From positions 1 to 43,214 of the forward strand of contig CAMEUD010000002.1 of NCBI GenBank assembly GCA_945937975.1: DNA of 43,214 bases, read 5' to 3'. Made by a program: the position numbers and the translations under genes. This DNA comes from an uncultured Clostridia bacterium. Lineage in GTDB: Bacteria > Bacillota > Clostridia > Christensenellales > UBA1242. The notes under the pieces were generated by a model. It saw only the letters and a program-made list of their open reading frames with translations. It did no database searches and was not told the DNA's origin. Shown here one piece after another: positions 34,734-43,214 of this stretch. Position 1 is the first letter of the stretch. Each line of letters begins with the position of its first letter.

Positions 34734-35189
34734 TCATTTTTTTATATAGACAGGAATTTTAAACCGATATATACACACATCAACAATATCAAATAACCAC
34801 ATAAATGCTTGAATACCTGTTATTAGCATTAAAAGTGTACTTATTTCCACTGGAGTTATACTATTTATACTTAAATAACACGCTATTGCAGATATAAGCC
34901 CAAATACCAACATCAAAAATGCTTTTTTATATCTTCCAACATAAAAGCAATGTGCTCCAAAAAAGCCAAGAAAGATTGTGTATAATATAAGTTTTGAGCG
35001 TTTTAAATCACTTGGTGTATCCTTTATATAAACAACATCTTTTCCATTACCTTCTTTTATTGCAAGTTTGGCATCTCTGTTTGTGGCAAGTTTAAGTCGT
35101 TCAAAAATAAGCCCACAACCAGTGCACCTTACATCTTGTTCTAAATGTTTTGTCCCACAGCGTGGACATTTTTGTCTTAATGCTCTCAT
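34734..35189 (-). CDS. Zinc-ribbon plus TM2-domain membrane protein
   Basis: CPRCGTKH...CTGCG zinc ribbon, then a TM2-like FLGFFGAHCFYVGRYKKAFLML. The start is placed at the ATG that forms an ATGA overlap with the upstream stop; the ORF track start at 35219 is an alternative. Confidence 0.7.
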   Translation of the reverse strand: MRALRQKCPRCGTKHLEQDVRCTGCGLIFERLKLATNRDAKLAIKEGNGKDVVYIKDTPSDLKRSKLILYTIFLGFFGAHCFYVGRYKKAFLMLVFGLISAIACYLSINSITPVEISTLLMLITGIQAFMWLFDIVDVCIYRFKIPVYIKK

Positions 35190-35848
35190 TCTTTTTTTGT
35201 TGCTCCACAAGAAGGACATTTGTTTAACGAACTTTCATAAACACTTCCACAATAAACACAAGTTGTTTTGCCATAAAAACTTGCATCACTTGGAGTGATT
35301 ATAATTTCATTTAATTTTTTGCAAATAAATTTTGCATCTTTTATATCATTAAATATTATTGAATTTTCGTTTGATAATATTGTTATATCTGCAACTCTTG
35401 CAAGTTTGTCAGAAAATGTTTGATTGACTTGGCAAGATGTAATGTTATTTAGGTTTATACTATTTGAAATGAACATATCTTTTCCGTCAATAACAATAAC
35501 TCTTTTGTTTGTTATCACATATTTTATATCTTTTACTTTTGCATATGCTTTTACTATTGATGCAATATAAATCCACACTGGAGCCATATGGAGAGCAAAA
35601 AATGGAATTAAAAACCATAAAAATGCAGAGTTATCCATTGTTGTAACCAATGTTACAATTATGCTTATATCAATAATCGCCCAAATCAATGCAACAGGCA
35701 AAGTTTTTATCGTTCTTTGCATAACAAAACTTCTCTTTTTGGGAGATTGTTGCCATAGCACTTTTTCACCTTTAATCAAAAGGTCATCAACTGATGATTC
35801 TTTATTTTTATCATCATTAACAAAAAATTGTTCATCTAATTTTTTCAT
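35186..35848 (-). CDS. Membrane bPH (YdbS/YdbT-like) domain protein with C-terminal zinc ribbon
   Basis: Two TM helices, then YVITNKRVIVIDG...ITSCQVNQTFSDKLARVADITI (bacterial PH pattern). It ends with CVYCGS...CPSCG. Confidence 0.6.
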   Translation of the reverse strand: MKKLDEQFFVNDDKNKESSVDDLLIKGEKVLWQQSPKKRSFVMQRTIKTLPVALIWAIIDISIIVTLVTTMDNSAFLWFLIPFFALHMAPVWIYIASIVKAYAKVKDIKYVITNKRVIVIDGKDMFISNSINLNNITSCQVNQTFSDKLARVADITILSNENSIIFNDIKDAKFICKKLNEIIITPSDASFYGKTTCVYCGSVYESSLNKCPSCGATKKE

Positions 35849-35873
35849 ATATTATATGTATATCAAAAAATAA

Positions 35874-35911
35874 CAAAAAAATCAATCCAAATTGCTTGAA
35901 TTGATTTTTTT
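35874..35911 (-). terminator. Terminator after rplL
   Basis: ATCAATCCAA-attgc-TTGAATTGAT (9 of 10 bp) with A and T runs. Confidence 0.65.
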
Positions 35912-35937
35912 CATACAAATCTCTATATATGTTAAAA

Positions 35938-36303
35938 TTACTTAAGTTCTACAACTGCGCCAGCTTCTTTAAGTTTTGCTTCGATAGCTTTAGCTTCTTC
36001 TGCTGGAACATTTTCTTTAACATTTGCAGGAGCACCATCAACAAGTGCTTTTGCTTCGCCAAGACCAAGTCCTGTGATTTCTCTAACTGCTTTGATTGCA
36101 GCGATTTTGTTTGCGCCAGCTTCTTTAAGAACAACTGTAAATTCAGTTTTTTCTTCAGCTGCTGCTGCAGGAGCTGCACCACCAGCTACTACTGCTGCTG
36201 CGGCACTAACACCAAATTCTTCTTCTAATTTTTTAACAAGGTCGTTTAATTCTACGACTGTCATTCCTTTAACTTCTTCAACAAATTTATTAAGATCTGC
36301 CAT
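35938..36303 (-). CDS. rplL: 50S ribosomal protein L7/L12
   Basis: Ala-rich hinge [22 protein letters not shown] and C-terminal domain [27 protein letters not shown]. Confidence 0.97.
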   Translation of the reverse strand: MADLNKFVEEVKGMTVVELNDLVKKLEEEFGVSAAAAVVAGGAAPAAAAEEKTEFTVVLKEAGANKIAAIKAVREITGLGLGEAKALVDGAPANVKENVPAEEAKAIEAKLKEAGAVVELK

Positions 36304-36341
36304 TTTTTTATACTTCCTTTTTTTATATTTTTATTTTTTTA

Positions 36342-36827
36342 TTATTGTTTGTCTGCAATAGCTTTAAGACATACTGCCAAGCCACGCATAGGTGATGAAA
36401 GCATACCAACAAGTTGAGCAAGTAATACTTCTCTTGATGGGATACTTGCAAGTTTTTTAACTTCATTTGCATCAATAACTGCACCGTTGTAAATACCAAA
36501 CTTGATTGGGAATTCGCAGTTTTCTGCTTTTGCACCAACAACAAGTTTTGCAGGAGCAACTTCATCTTCATATCCGAAAGCGATTGCGTTTGTTCCTTCC
36601 AAATAACTATCACAACCTGTGAATCCAAGTTCATTTAATGCACGAAGAATAAGTCTGTTTTTGTAAACTCTGTATTCTGCGCTATTTTTTCTGAATTCAG
36701 CACGAAGTTTTGTGTCTTGTTCAACTGTAATTCCACGATAGTCAGCAACAACAACTGTTTTTGCTTTTTGAAGTTTTTCTTTTATTTCTTCGACTAATGC
36801 TTGTTTTGCATCTAAATTTGCACTCAT
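36342..36827 (-). CDS. rplJ: 50S ribosomal protein L10
   Basis: The pattern AKQALVEEIKEKLQKAKTVVVADYRGITVEQDTKLR is typical of L10. It lies immediately upstream of rplL. Confidence 0.95.
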   Translation of the reverse strand: MSANLDAKQALVEEIKEKLQKAKTVVVADYRGITVEQDTKLRAEFRKNSAEYRVYKNRLILRALNELGFTGCDSYLEGTNAIAFGYEDEVAPAKLVVGAKAENCEFPIKFGIYNGAVIDANEVKKLASIPSREVLLAQLVGMLSSPMRGLAVCLKAIADKQ

Positions 36828-37005
36828 TATTTTGCCTCCTTTATAGATTTGTATGTTAAAAATTAAAAAAACCTTTCGTGCCGATTAAAAGCAGAAAGGT
36901 TAATATTTTAGCCATTCAAATCTTTACCTCGGCAAGCACATAAATGTTTACGATAATGATATCACTTGCTGTCTATGGACAAAGGATTTATTTAATTTTC
37001 GTGTG
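36828..37005 (-). promoter_or_regulatory. rplJ (L10) leader with attenuator hairpin
   Basis: A 5' UTR of about 175 nt lies between a consensus promoter and rplJ. It contains AACCTTTC...GAAAGGTT plus T7 (36901..36865). This is consistent with the Firmicute L10-leader autoregulatory attenuator. Confidence 0.65.
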
Positions 37006-37007
37006 TG

Positions 37008-37036
37008 ATTATATCACTATATATATTTTTTGTCAA
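37008..37036 (-). promoter_or_regulatory. Consensus sigma-A promoter of rplJL
   Basis: TTGACA (37036..37031), a 17-nt spacer, then TATAAT (37013..37008). Confidence 0.65.
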
Positions 37037-37045
37037 CAACTTTTA

Positions 37046-38887
37046 TTAAAGTTCTTTATCTTCTTCTTTATACTCTGTTGTTTCTTCTGTATTTGGTTTG
37101 CAACTATTATTTGAACCAGTTTCTTCAATTAATTCGACATATGTTGAAGTCTTTTTATCTTTACTTGCCTTGCCTGTTTTTGAACTATCTGCAAGATTTG
37201 ATAATTCTTTAAAAAAGATAAAATCTTTTCTTGATATATGATCAACACCTGTCGTGTCAAAATAGTTCTTTACCCCTTCAACAGTCCAACCACGCTTAAC
37301 TATCCATGTTTTGTGTCTATCAAATAATGAATTATCTAATTCAACAGTTCCATTTTGTCTGTTATAAAAACCAATTTGTTGTCTATCTTTGAACCTATGT
37401 TTATTTTTAACCAGCCCAATAAATGGCATATAAACTAATGTGTTATCAATAGCATAAGAATTTGCTTTGTCGATTCTTTGTTGAAGTTCATCTTCTGGCA
37501 TTGTAAACAAATCACCATTTGGACTGTATATAAAACTTTTATCAAAACAGCGTGAGATAATATTTGATGTGTGAAGATTTGGTCCATGGTGGTCGCTTCC
37601 ACCTGTTAAATATAGATTATATTTTCTTGCTATATCATAAAGGACTTTACTTTTTGCACCACTTAAATTTAGTTTGTTAAAGATTTCAAAACCAAAATTA
37701 TTATCGCCCCTTATTTGAATAACTTTTTTAACAAAGTCTTCAATATTTCTTCCAAATGTAAAAGTAATATACATTTGATAAATTTCATCTGCTGAATAAT
37801 TTTTGTTACATGAAGAATTTATTGCAGTAACCTTTGACAAGATTACATATTTATCGATATAAGATAAGTTCCTAAAAGTTTCAAAAGCATTATCTTTTGT
37901 TGTTAAAATAAGTGCATCAACAAACTCATTATTGCAAGCAAGTTCTTCAGTGGCTGTCCTTTTTTTCTTAATGCTGTATGGGTGTGCAATAGCAAAATAT
38001 CCACCTGCATTTCTGGTTGCTTGCATAAATTCATCAAGTTCCCATTTTGAACCATTTATCGCATTATCATTACCCCTTGCAGTAAAATCAAAACATTCTT
38101 CTATTTCAGGCATTTTTCTAAAATTTCTTGTTGGGTAATGTTCTTTTAGATAACTATAAAATTTATTTTTTGCATGTAAACATGATTGTGTGTTATTAAC
38201 AATGAAACCTAAATCTCTAATAGGTATTGTTTCGCCCGTTATATCATCAACTCTCTTTTTTGCCAACAAAATCATTTTGCCAATTTCAATACCAAATCTG
38301 CTTGTTGTTGTGTCATCAATTCTATCATATTTAAAGTTGTATAATCTTGAAAAGGCGTTTAAATCTGGGTGTCCAATATCATATCCATATGCTAATGTGT
38401 GGCATTTTTTGAAAGAAGAAAAACCTTCTTCGTTTATACCCATACATCTTAGCCCTGCATTGACTTCTATGCCTGGTATAAAATCAATTGCTGTATATTT
38501 TTGTGAGTGTTTTTTTATCAATTTTATTGCTTCTTTTGAACCTTGTACATTTTGGTGGTCAGTAATTGAGATGCAACATTTTGTGTTATTAATAATATAA
38601 TCTTTTAATGTTTGAACTTTGTTTCCTGAATTTAATATTAAATCTCGTATTTGTTCTTGCTCTTCTTTTTTGTCTGCGAAATAAGGAGATAACTCAATTA
38701 TAAGTTTGTCTAATTCTTCTTCACTGCCACCTGCCACACATTCGTTTACTCTTTCTATCATTGAATTTTGAACTTTTTTCACAGTTGCGAGTGTGTTTTC
38801 CAAAATTTCTTCTGGCGTTGCATCACAATCCGTTTCAAACGAATAAACACTGTGTATGTGAAGGTCAATAAACAAATAATTTCTCAT
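37046..38887 (-). CDS. Oversized PHP-domain phosphoesterase with inserts and an acidic/Lys-rich tail
   Basis: The PHP motifs appear in order: DLHIHS, ITDHQ, GIEVN, CHTLAYG, AIAHP, GGSDHHG. At 613 aa it is about twice the size of a minimal PHP protein. Confidence 0.7.
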   Translation of the reverse strand: MRNYLFIDLHIHSVYSFETDCDATPEEILENTLATVKKVQNSMIERVNECVAGGSEEELDKLIIELSPYFADKKEEQEQIRDLILNSGNKVQTLKDYIINNTKCCISITDHQNVQGSKEAIKLIKKHSQKYTAIDFIPGIEVNAGLRCMGINEEGFSSFKKCHTLAYGYDIGHPDLNAFSRLYNFKYDRIDDTTTSRFGIEIGKMILLAKKRVDDITGETIPIRDLGFIVNNTQSCLHAKNKFYSYLKEHYPTRNFRKMPEIEECFDFTARGNDNAINGSKWELDEFMQATRNAGGYFAIAHPYSIKKKRTATEELACNNEFVDALILTTKDNAFETFRNLSYIDKYVILSKVTAINSSCNKNYSADEIYQMYITFTFGRNIEDFVKKVIQIRGDNNFGFEIFNKLNLSGAKSKVLYDIARKYNLYLTGGSDHHGPNLHTSNIISRCFDKSFIYSPNGDLFTMPEDELQQRIDKANSYAIDNTLVYMPFIGLVKNKHRFKDRQQIGFYNRQNGTVELDNSLFDRHKTWIVKRGWTVEGVKNYFDTTGVDHISRKDFIFFKELSNLADSSKTGKASKDKKTSTYVELIEETGSNNSCKPNTEETTEYKEEDKEL

Positions 38888-38899
38888 AGGTTTTTCCTT

Positions 38900-39595
38900 T
38901 TATTTCTTTTCTTCAAGTTTTGATTTTGTATAGTCAATTAAATTTGATTGTATATCAAGTTTTTTTAATTGTTCAAACTCTTGAATTGCTTTTTCATTTT
39001 CGCCAATATTATTTAATGTTATTATATACATTATCTTTGTATAAACATTATCTGCTGGTTTGTACATTTCAACAATGGCTTTTTGATTTTTTAATATGCT
39101 TTTTTGCATACTTTCAATGAATAAATCAATTTGATTTCTTTCTTCAATTTCATCATCATCGTAATCTTCAAATTTACTTAAATTTATCACTTTGATTGTT
39201 GCGAGTTTTAATTCAACTGCTCTATATAAATACCTTATGCTTTCTTCGTAATTTTTTTGACTTGCCATAACATAAGAATAACTTTCATAAAGACTTGGTA
39301 CATATCTTTCAAGTTCATATGTGTCAACCTTGTCAAGATTTTTGATGTAGCCATAATCATACAAATACTTAAATTTGTCAGAATTTGCTATTTCATTAAA
39401 ATTTTGCGGTTTGTCATTTGTTATGTCTTGTGCAATAAATCCACAATGTGGACAAACAGACAAACCAATGTTCTTATAAAAATTAAAACTTGCCAAATCG
39501 TTTTCCGTATAAACAATATCGGCATTAACATCAACTGCAATGTCTACATTCTTTTTACAATTTTGACAAGTTCCTTTAATATATTTTATTTTCAT
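38900..39595 (-). CDS. DUF2225-like zinc-ribbon plus TPR-like protein
   Basis: CQNCKK...DLASFNFYKNIGLSVCPHCGFIA matches the split zinc ribbon of DUF2225. The C-terminal half is helical-repeat. The start is taken at the ATG 6 nt after GGAG; ATGs at 39601 and 39607 are also possible. Confidence 0.55.
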   Translation of the reverse strand: MKIKYIKGTCQNCKKNVDIAVDVNADIVYTENDLASFNFYKNIGLSVCPHCGFIAQDITNDKPQNFNEIANSDKFKYLYDYGYIKNLDKVDTYELERYVPSLYESYSYVMASQKNYEESIRYLYRAVELKLATIKVINLSKFEDYDDDEIEERNQIDLFIESMQKSILKNQKAIVEMYKPADNVYTKIMYIITLNNIGENEKAIQEFEQLKKLDIQSNLIDYTKSKLEEKK

Positions 39596-39656
39596 CTTCA
39601 TCTCCATTTTAGCATAATATTAATTAGTTTTCAATACCCAACTTATAACAATAAAA

Positions 39657-39682
39657 AATGCAACATCAAAAGATATTGCATT
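39657..39682 (-). terminator. Terminator after the 39693..40106 gene
   Basis: AATGCAA-ATATC-tttt-GATGT-TGCATT plus T-run on the minus strand. Confidence 0.6.
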
Positions 39683-39692
39683 TTTGTTTTTA

Positions 39693-40106
39693 TTACTTGT
39701 TTTCTTCTTGTGCCTTATCTTCTTTTGGTTGTTCTTCTTTATAATTCTTGTCTGAAAGAATTGCTGGTATAAAACATAACAAGAATAGTGCAAATAAAAT
39801 TATTTGTGGCAAAAAATATGCCAAGAATGAAACATTAACAAACATAAAAACTGTTCCAAGTATCATTTCAACAATAAAATACATTACACTCATTGTTCCG
39901 ACAGGAAGACCAACAACTTGCTTTTTTATATTATCATGGCTTACATACATAAGTGAAAAATCCATAAATAAGTATGCAAGTGTTACAAAGCCAAATGAAA
40001 TCCAAAATCCTTGTGGAAATGTTTTTGATACCAAAAATACCACCAAGCAATATGTTGCATAAAATATAAGTAATGTGATAGGCAAAATAAGTCTACTTTT
40101 TTTCAT
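39693..40106 (-). CDS. Small four-TM membrane protein, unknown function
   Basis: Hydrophobic ORF. The start is placed at MKKSRL, preceded by GGAGGG at 7 nt; the ORF track start at 40139 lacks an SD. Confidence 0.55.
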   Translation of the reverse strand: MKKSRLILPITLLIFYATYCLVVFLVSKTFPQGFWISFGFVTLAYLFMDFSLMYVSHDNIKKQVVGLPVGTMSVMYFIVEMILGTVFMFVNVSFLAYFLPQIILFALFLLCFIPAILSDKNYKEEQPKEDKAQEENK

Positions 40107-40257
40107 AAATTCCCTCCAAACTCGTATAAAGTATAACATAAAAATTTATGAAATAAAAACAAATATTATAACTTTTAGCGTTTTAATTTGTAATATTAGA
40201 GAAATACCTAATCATTTTTATTAAAATAAAATTATATACAACTTTGAACCTTTATAG

Positions 40258-40845
40258 TTATGAACCAACTTTTAACATAACAGAACCTTGCTTTGCTTTA
40301 CAAAGTGGACAAGTATCCCAAGCTTCAAGACCTTCTGCTTCATAGCCACATTCAGAACATTTCCATTTTACCTTTTTTTCTTTCTTATATAATGTTTCAG
40401 TACTCATTTGATTATATAAGTCTTTTAATAGTTTTTTATGGCAACTTTCCACTTGAATTATATTTTCATAAAGTTGTGCGATTTCTTCAAAACCTTCTTC
40501 CCTTGCAACTTTTGCATATTCTGGATAAATAACAGTTTCTTCAAGTTCTTCATCTTCACTTGCAAGTCTTAAATTTTCAACCAAGTCCCATTTCTCTTTA
40601 AAAGGATAACCTGATGCAATGTCTATGTTTGCAATGGTTTCATTTGATGCTTTTTGTAAATAAGTGTAAAACATTCTTGCGTGTTGAAATTCATTATATA
40701 CCAAAGTGTCAATCATCTCTGCCATACATTTGTAACCTTGCTTTCTTGCTCCATATTCAATAAATTTGTATCTTATATGTGCTTGGCACTCTCCTGCATA
40801 TGACTTTGCCAAGTTTTTATAAGTTTTGCTTTCAATTAGTTTCAT
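40258..40845 (-). CDS. rbr: Rubrerythrin
   Basis: Diiron four-helix-bundle ligands (ExxH pairs: EFQHARMF, ESCHKKL) plus a C-terminal rubredoxin-like CSECG...CPLCK. The start is at MKLIESKTYKNL, preceded by GGAGG. Confidence 0.9.
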   Translation of the reverse strand: MKLIESKTYKNLAKSYAGECQAHIRYKFIEYGARKQGYKCMAEMIDTLVYNEFQHARMFYTYLQKASNETIANIDIASGYPFKEKWDLVENLRLASEDEELEETVIYPEYAKVAREEGFEEIAQLYENIIQVESCHKKLLKDLYNQMSTETLYKKEKKVKWKCSECGYEAEGLEAWDTCPLCKAKQGSVMLKVGS

Positions 40846-40936
40846 AATAACCTCCAAGTGTATTTTTTGCAAAATAAGGACATAATATACATAGCAAAAT
40901 TTTACAAAAAAAATATTTTGAAAAATTTTTAAAAAT

Positions 40937-40979
40937 TTAGCACTCTTTTGTTGACATTGCTAGCACATTGTGATATTAT
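40937..40979 (+). promoter_or_regulatory. hsp20 promoter overlapped by a CIRCE-like element
   Basis: TTAGCACTC-N9-CATTGCTAG compared with the CIRCE consensus TTAGCACTC-N9-GAGTGCTAA: left half 9/9, right half 6/9. TTGACA, a 17-nt spacer, then TATTAT is embedded at 40951..40979. Confidence 0.4.
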
Positions 40980-41012
40980 ATGCTCGTACAAAAGAAATGG
41001 AGGTACAAATTT

Positions 41013-41510
41013 ATGAGTAATTTTAATAATAACAATAATAATAATCATCATTGCAATCATGAGAATTGCGAATGTAAAGGTAATGAAAAAATGGCACCAA
41101 AAGGCAGACATGATTTTGATTTGTTTGACCCACTTGGAGAATTGTTTAACTTACCTGTTTTTGCAAAAGACACAAGATTTAACGGTATAATGAAAACTGA
41201 TATAAAGGAATTTGACAACAATTACTTACTTGAAGTAGATATGCCAGGATATGACAAAAAAGATGTTGTAATTGACTACGATAACGGTTATCTTACAATA
41301 ACTGCCGAAAAGAAAGAAACAAATAATGAAAACGACCCAAAACATAAATACATTAGAAAAGAAAGATTTGTTGGCAAAACATCAAGAAGTTTTTATGTTG
41401 GAGATATAGACCAAAAAGAAATTTCAGCAAAACTTGAAAATGGTACTTTGGTTGTTAATGTTCCAAAAGAACACAAAAATGAAGAAAAAAAACATATTGA
41501 AATTCAATAA
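41013..41510 (+). CDS. Hsp20/alpha-crystallin small heat-shock protein with Asn/His/Cys-rich N-terminal extension
   Basis: Alpha-crystallin core: MKTDIKEFDNNYLLEVDMPGYDKKDVVIDYDNGYLTITAEK...GTLVVNVPK. The start is at MSNFNNN, preceded by GGAGG at 9 nt. Confidence 0.85.
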   Translation: MSNFNNNNNNNHHCNHENCECKGNEKMAPKGRHDFDLFDPLGELFNLPVFAKDTRFNGIMKTDIKEFDNNYLLEVDMPGYDKKDVVIDYDNGYLTITAEKKETNNENDPKHKYIRKERFVGKTSRSFYVGDIDQKEISAKLENGTLVVNVPKEHKNEEKKHIEIQ

Positions 41511-41549
41511 TGTTTTTAGTATATAGATATTTCTTACTCCTTATGAAAG

Positions 41550-41576
41550 ATGCATCACTTTATGTGGTGCATTTTT
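41550..41576 (+). terminator. hsp20 terminator (overlaps the dapL stop)
   Basis: ATGCATCAC-tttat-GTGGTGCAT plus T5. Confidence 0.65.
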
Positions 41577-42756
41577 CTTTTATCATATATTTATAAATTT
41601 CTTCACACGCTTTGATTGTATTTTCCATTGAGTTAAATCCAGAAAGTCTTACATAACCTTCTCCACATTTACCAAATCCACACCCTGGTACAACAATCAC
41701 AGCACAATTATTAAGTAAATCATTAAAAAATTGCCAACTACTTTTCCCTTTTGGACATTTTAGCCAAACATATGGAGTAGACTTTGATGACACAAAATCT
41801 AATTTAAGTTTGCTTAAATAATAGCATATTATTTTTACATTATTTTTGTAATAGTCTATATTTTTTTGTTGTTCAATTTGTCCTTGAGTTGACAAAACAT
41901 ATTCTGCCCCAACCTGAACAAAATATGGCACTCCATTAAACTTTGTTAATTGTCGTTTTAAAAAACTTGAATTTAGATTAACATTTTCTCTCTTGATTGC
42001 TTTTGGAATGATTGTATATGAACATCTAAGATTTGTAAAACCAGACATTTTTGAAAAACTACAAAATTCAATAACACATTTTTTTGCACCAGCAATAGTA
42101 TAAGTTGTATGTGGCAATTTTTCTTGAATAAAAAATTCATATGCAAGGTCAAGCAAAATTATTGAATTGGTTTTATTTGCAAAATCAATCCATTCTTTTA
42201 ATTGCTTTTTTGTGTATGTATAGCCTGTTGGATTATTTGGCGAACACAAATAAATTAAATATTGCTTTGGTTCAACAACATTTGGCAACACGCAAAAATC
42301 ATTTTCTTTTGTTGCATTAAGCACATGTGGAGTTTTTCCATTCAACACACTTGACGCAAAATATGCAGGATATGTTGGCTCAATTATTAATGGTGTGTAA
42401 TCTTGAAACATATCCAAAATATTTGCAATATCACAACCTATTCCATTACCTATAAAGATTTCATCGACACTCAAATTTACATTAAAAGTTTTGTATCTCT
42501 CTTTGATTTTTTCTCGCAAAAACAAATAACCTTGCTCTGGTGGATAACCTTTGAATGTACTTGCAAATTGTTGTTCTAATAACGCATTAACCATAATGTT
42601 TGTAAGTTTGTCACTAAAAGGTCTTGTAACATCACCAATCCCAAGACTAATTATTTGTGTGTTTGGATTATTCTTTGAAAACAAATTTACTTTTTGCCCA
42701 ATTTTATAAAACACATTATCAAGTTTATTTGTATAATTTTGATTAACAAAACTCAT
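41560..42756 (-). CDS. dapL: LL-diaminopimelate aminotransferase
   Basis: DapL-type N-terminus (NPNTQIISLGIGDVTRPF), PLP-lysine block SFSKMSGFTNLR, and placement next to dapF. Confidence 0.8.
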   Translation of the reverse strand: MSFVNQNYTNKLDNVFYKIGQKVNLFSKNNPNTQIISLGIGDVTRPFSDKLTNIMVNALLEQQFASTFKGYPPEQGYLFLREKIKERYKTFNVNLSVDEIFIGNGIGCDIANILDMFQDYTPLIIEPTYPAYFASSVLNGKTPHVLNATKENDFCVLPNVVEPKQYLIYLCSPNNPTGYTYTKKQLKEWIDFANKTNSIILLDLAYEFFIQEKLPHTTYTIAGAKKCVIEFCSFSKMSGFTNLRCSYTIIPKAIKRENVNLNSSFLKRQLTKFNGVPYFVQVGAEYVLSTQGQIEQQKNIDYYKNNVKIICYYLSKLKLDFVSSKSTPYVWLKCPKGKSSWQFFNDLLNNCAVIVVPGCGFGKCGEGYVRLSGFNSMENTIKACEEIYKYMIKEKCTT

Positions 42757-43214
42757 CTAAATCAGTTTCCCCCTTATACACAATTTGTGCTTCTCCAAAC
42801 ATAAATATTTTTTTGTTATATCTGTAAATATCAAGTTCACCGCCATCAAGAATAACCTTTACTTTTGCATTTTGAGTGTTCTTTTTAAGATATGCAACCA
42901 CACTTGCAACTGCACCACTTCCACATGCTTTTGTTATTCCACTTCCCCTTTCGTAAACTTTTACTTGCAATTTATCTTTTGCCAACACTTTTACAAACTC
43001 AATGTTTGCCTTGTTTTTTATTTGATTGTTTAGTTTTATTCCAGTTTTTTCAATATCAAAATTGTAATCTCTAACAAAAATTACAATATGTAAGTTTCCA
43101 CAATTTATCAAGTGCTTATTATCTTTTGATTTTATTATTTTTGCATCATTCCATTTCGTTAAAACTTTTGCCTTTGTTTTGTCTATTTTATATACAACAC
43201 TCATTAATACTTTG
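42743..43214 (-). CDS. dapF: Diaminopimelate epimerase (C-terminal part; the reading frame stays open to the window edge)
   Basis: NCGNLHIVIFV (GNPH-like) and the second catalytic Cys block ERGSGITKACGSGAVASVV. The frame is open beyond 43204 up to 43214. It overlaps dapL by 14 nt. Confidence 0.8.
   Translation of the reverse strand, partial: KVLMSVVYKIDKTKAKVLTKWNDAKIIKSKDNKHLINCGNLHIVIFVRDYNFDIEKTGIKLNNQIKNKANIEFVKVLAKDKLQVKVYERGSGITKACGSGAVASVVAYLKKNTQNAKVKVILDGGELDIYRYNKKIFMFGEAQIVYKGETDLDEFC

Noticed and set aside
35929-36634. Several 77-103-aa ORFs overlapping rplL and rplJ on both strands (35929..36228 +, 36074..36361 +, 35949..36182 -, 36323..36634 -).
   Set aside because: These are shadow or alternative-frame ORFs created by the Ala/Lys/Glu-rich, GC-richer codon pattern of the ribosomal protein genes. 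The rplL and rplJ products are unmistakable, and the overlapping ORFs give low-complexity nonsense.
40925-40940. Perfect 16-nt palindrome AAATTTTTAAAAATTT between rbr and hsp20, considered as a PerR or other operator.
   Set aside because: It is pure A/T low complexity in an AT-rich spacer and does not resemble the PerR/Fur box (TTATAAT-N-ATTATAA). Chance occurrence is likely.

Overview
This is an AT-rich, standard-genetic-code chromosomal segment from a low-GC Gram-positive bacterium. It looks like Bacillota, probably Clostridia-like: it has a T-box leader, an L10 leader, spoIIE, a type III glutamine synthetase and the DapL/DapF lysine route. Most of the window is housekeeping. It encodes three aminoacyl-tRNA synthetases (argS, hisS, thrS), rpsT, rplJ-rplL, hpf, comEC-holA, glmS, glnN, plsC, rubrerythrin, Hsp20 and dapF-dapL. 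It also encodes a heterodimeric ABC exporter, a P-type ATPase and three solitary tRNAs: Gly-CCC, Glu-CUC and His-GUG. I saw no transposase, integrase, rRNA or CRISPR array. Four small accessory cassettes of unknown function interrupt the core: (1) two tandem transglutaminase-like paralogs with a membrane-anchored XRE regulator, flanking tRNA-Gly; (2) a self-contained HicB-like plus PD-(D/E)xK nuclease pair; (3) three tandem, divergent paralogs of about 150 aa next to glmS; (4) a DUF2225-like zinc-ribbon/TPR protein followed by an oversized PHP phosphoesterase. The strongest lead is not on the ORF track. It is a 14-codon leader ORF with five consecutive Gln codons (MKKFQQQQQNILLL), followed by a terminator and an alternative antiterminator pairing, directly upstream of glutamine synthetase. 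This has the layout of a classical leader-peptide attenuator that would sense glutamine. A second regulatory lead is a degenerate tandem-repeat array upstream of spoIIE that combines terminator hairpins with Spo0A-box-like TGTCGAA/TGTCGAG motifs. All calls rest on reading motifs by eye; no database search was possible.
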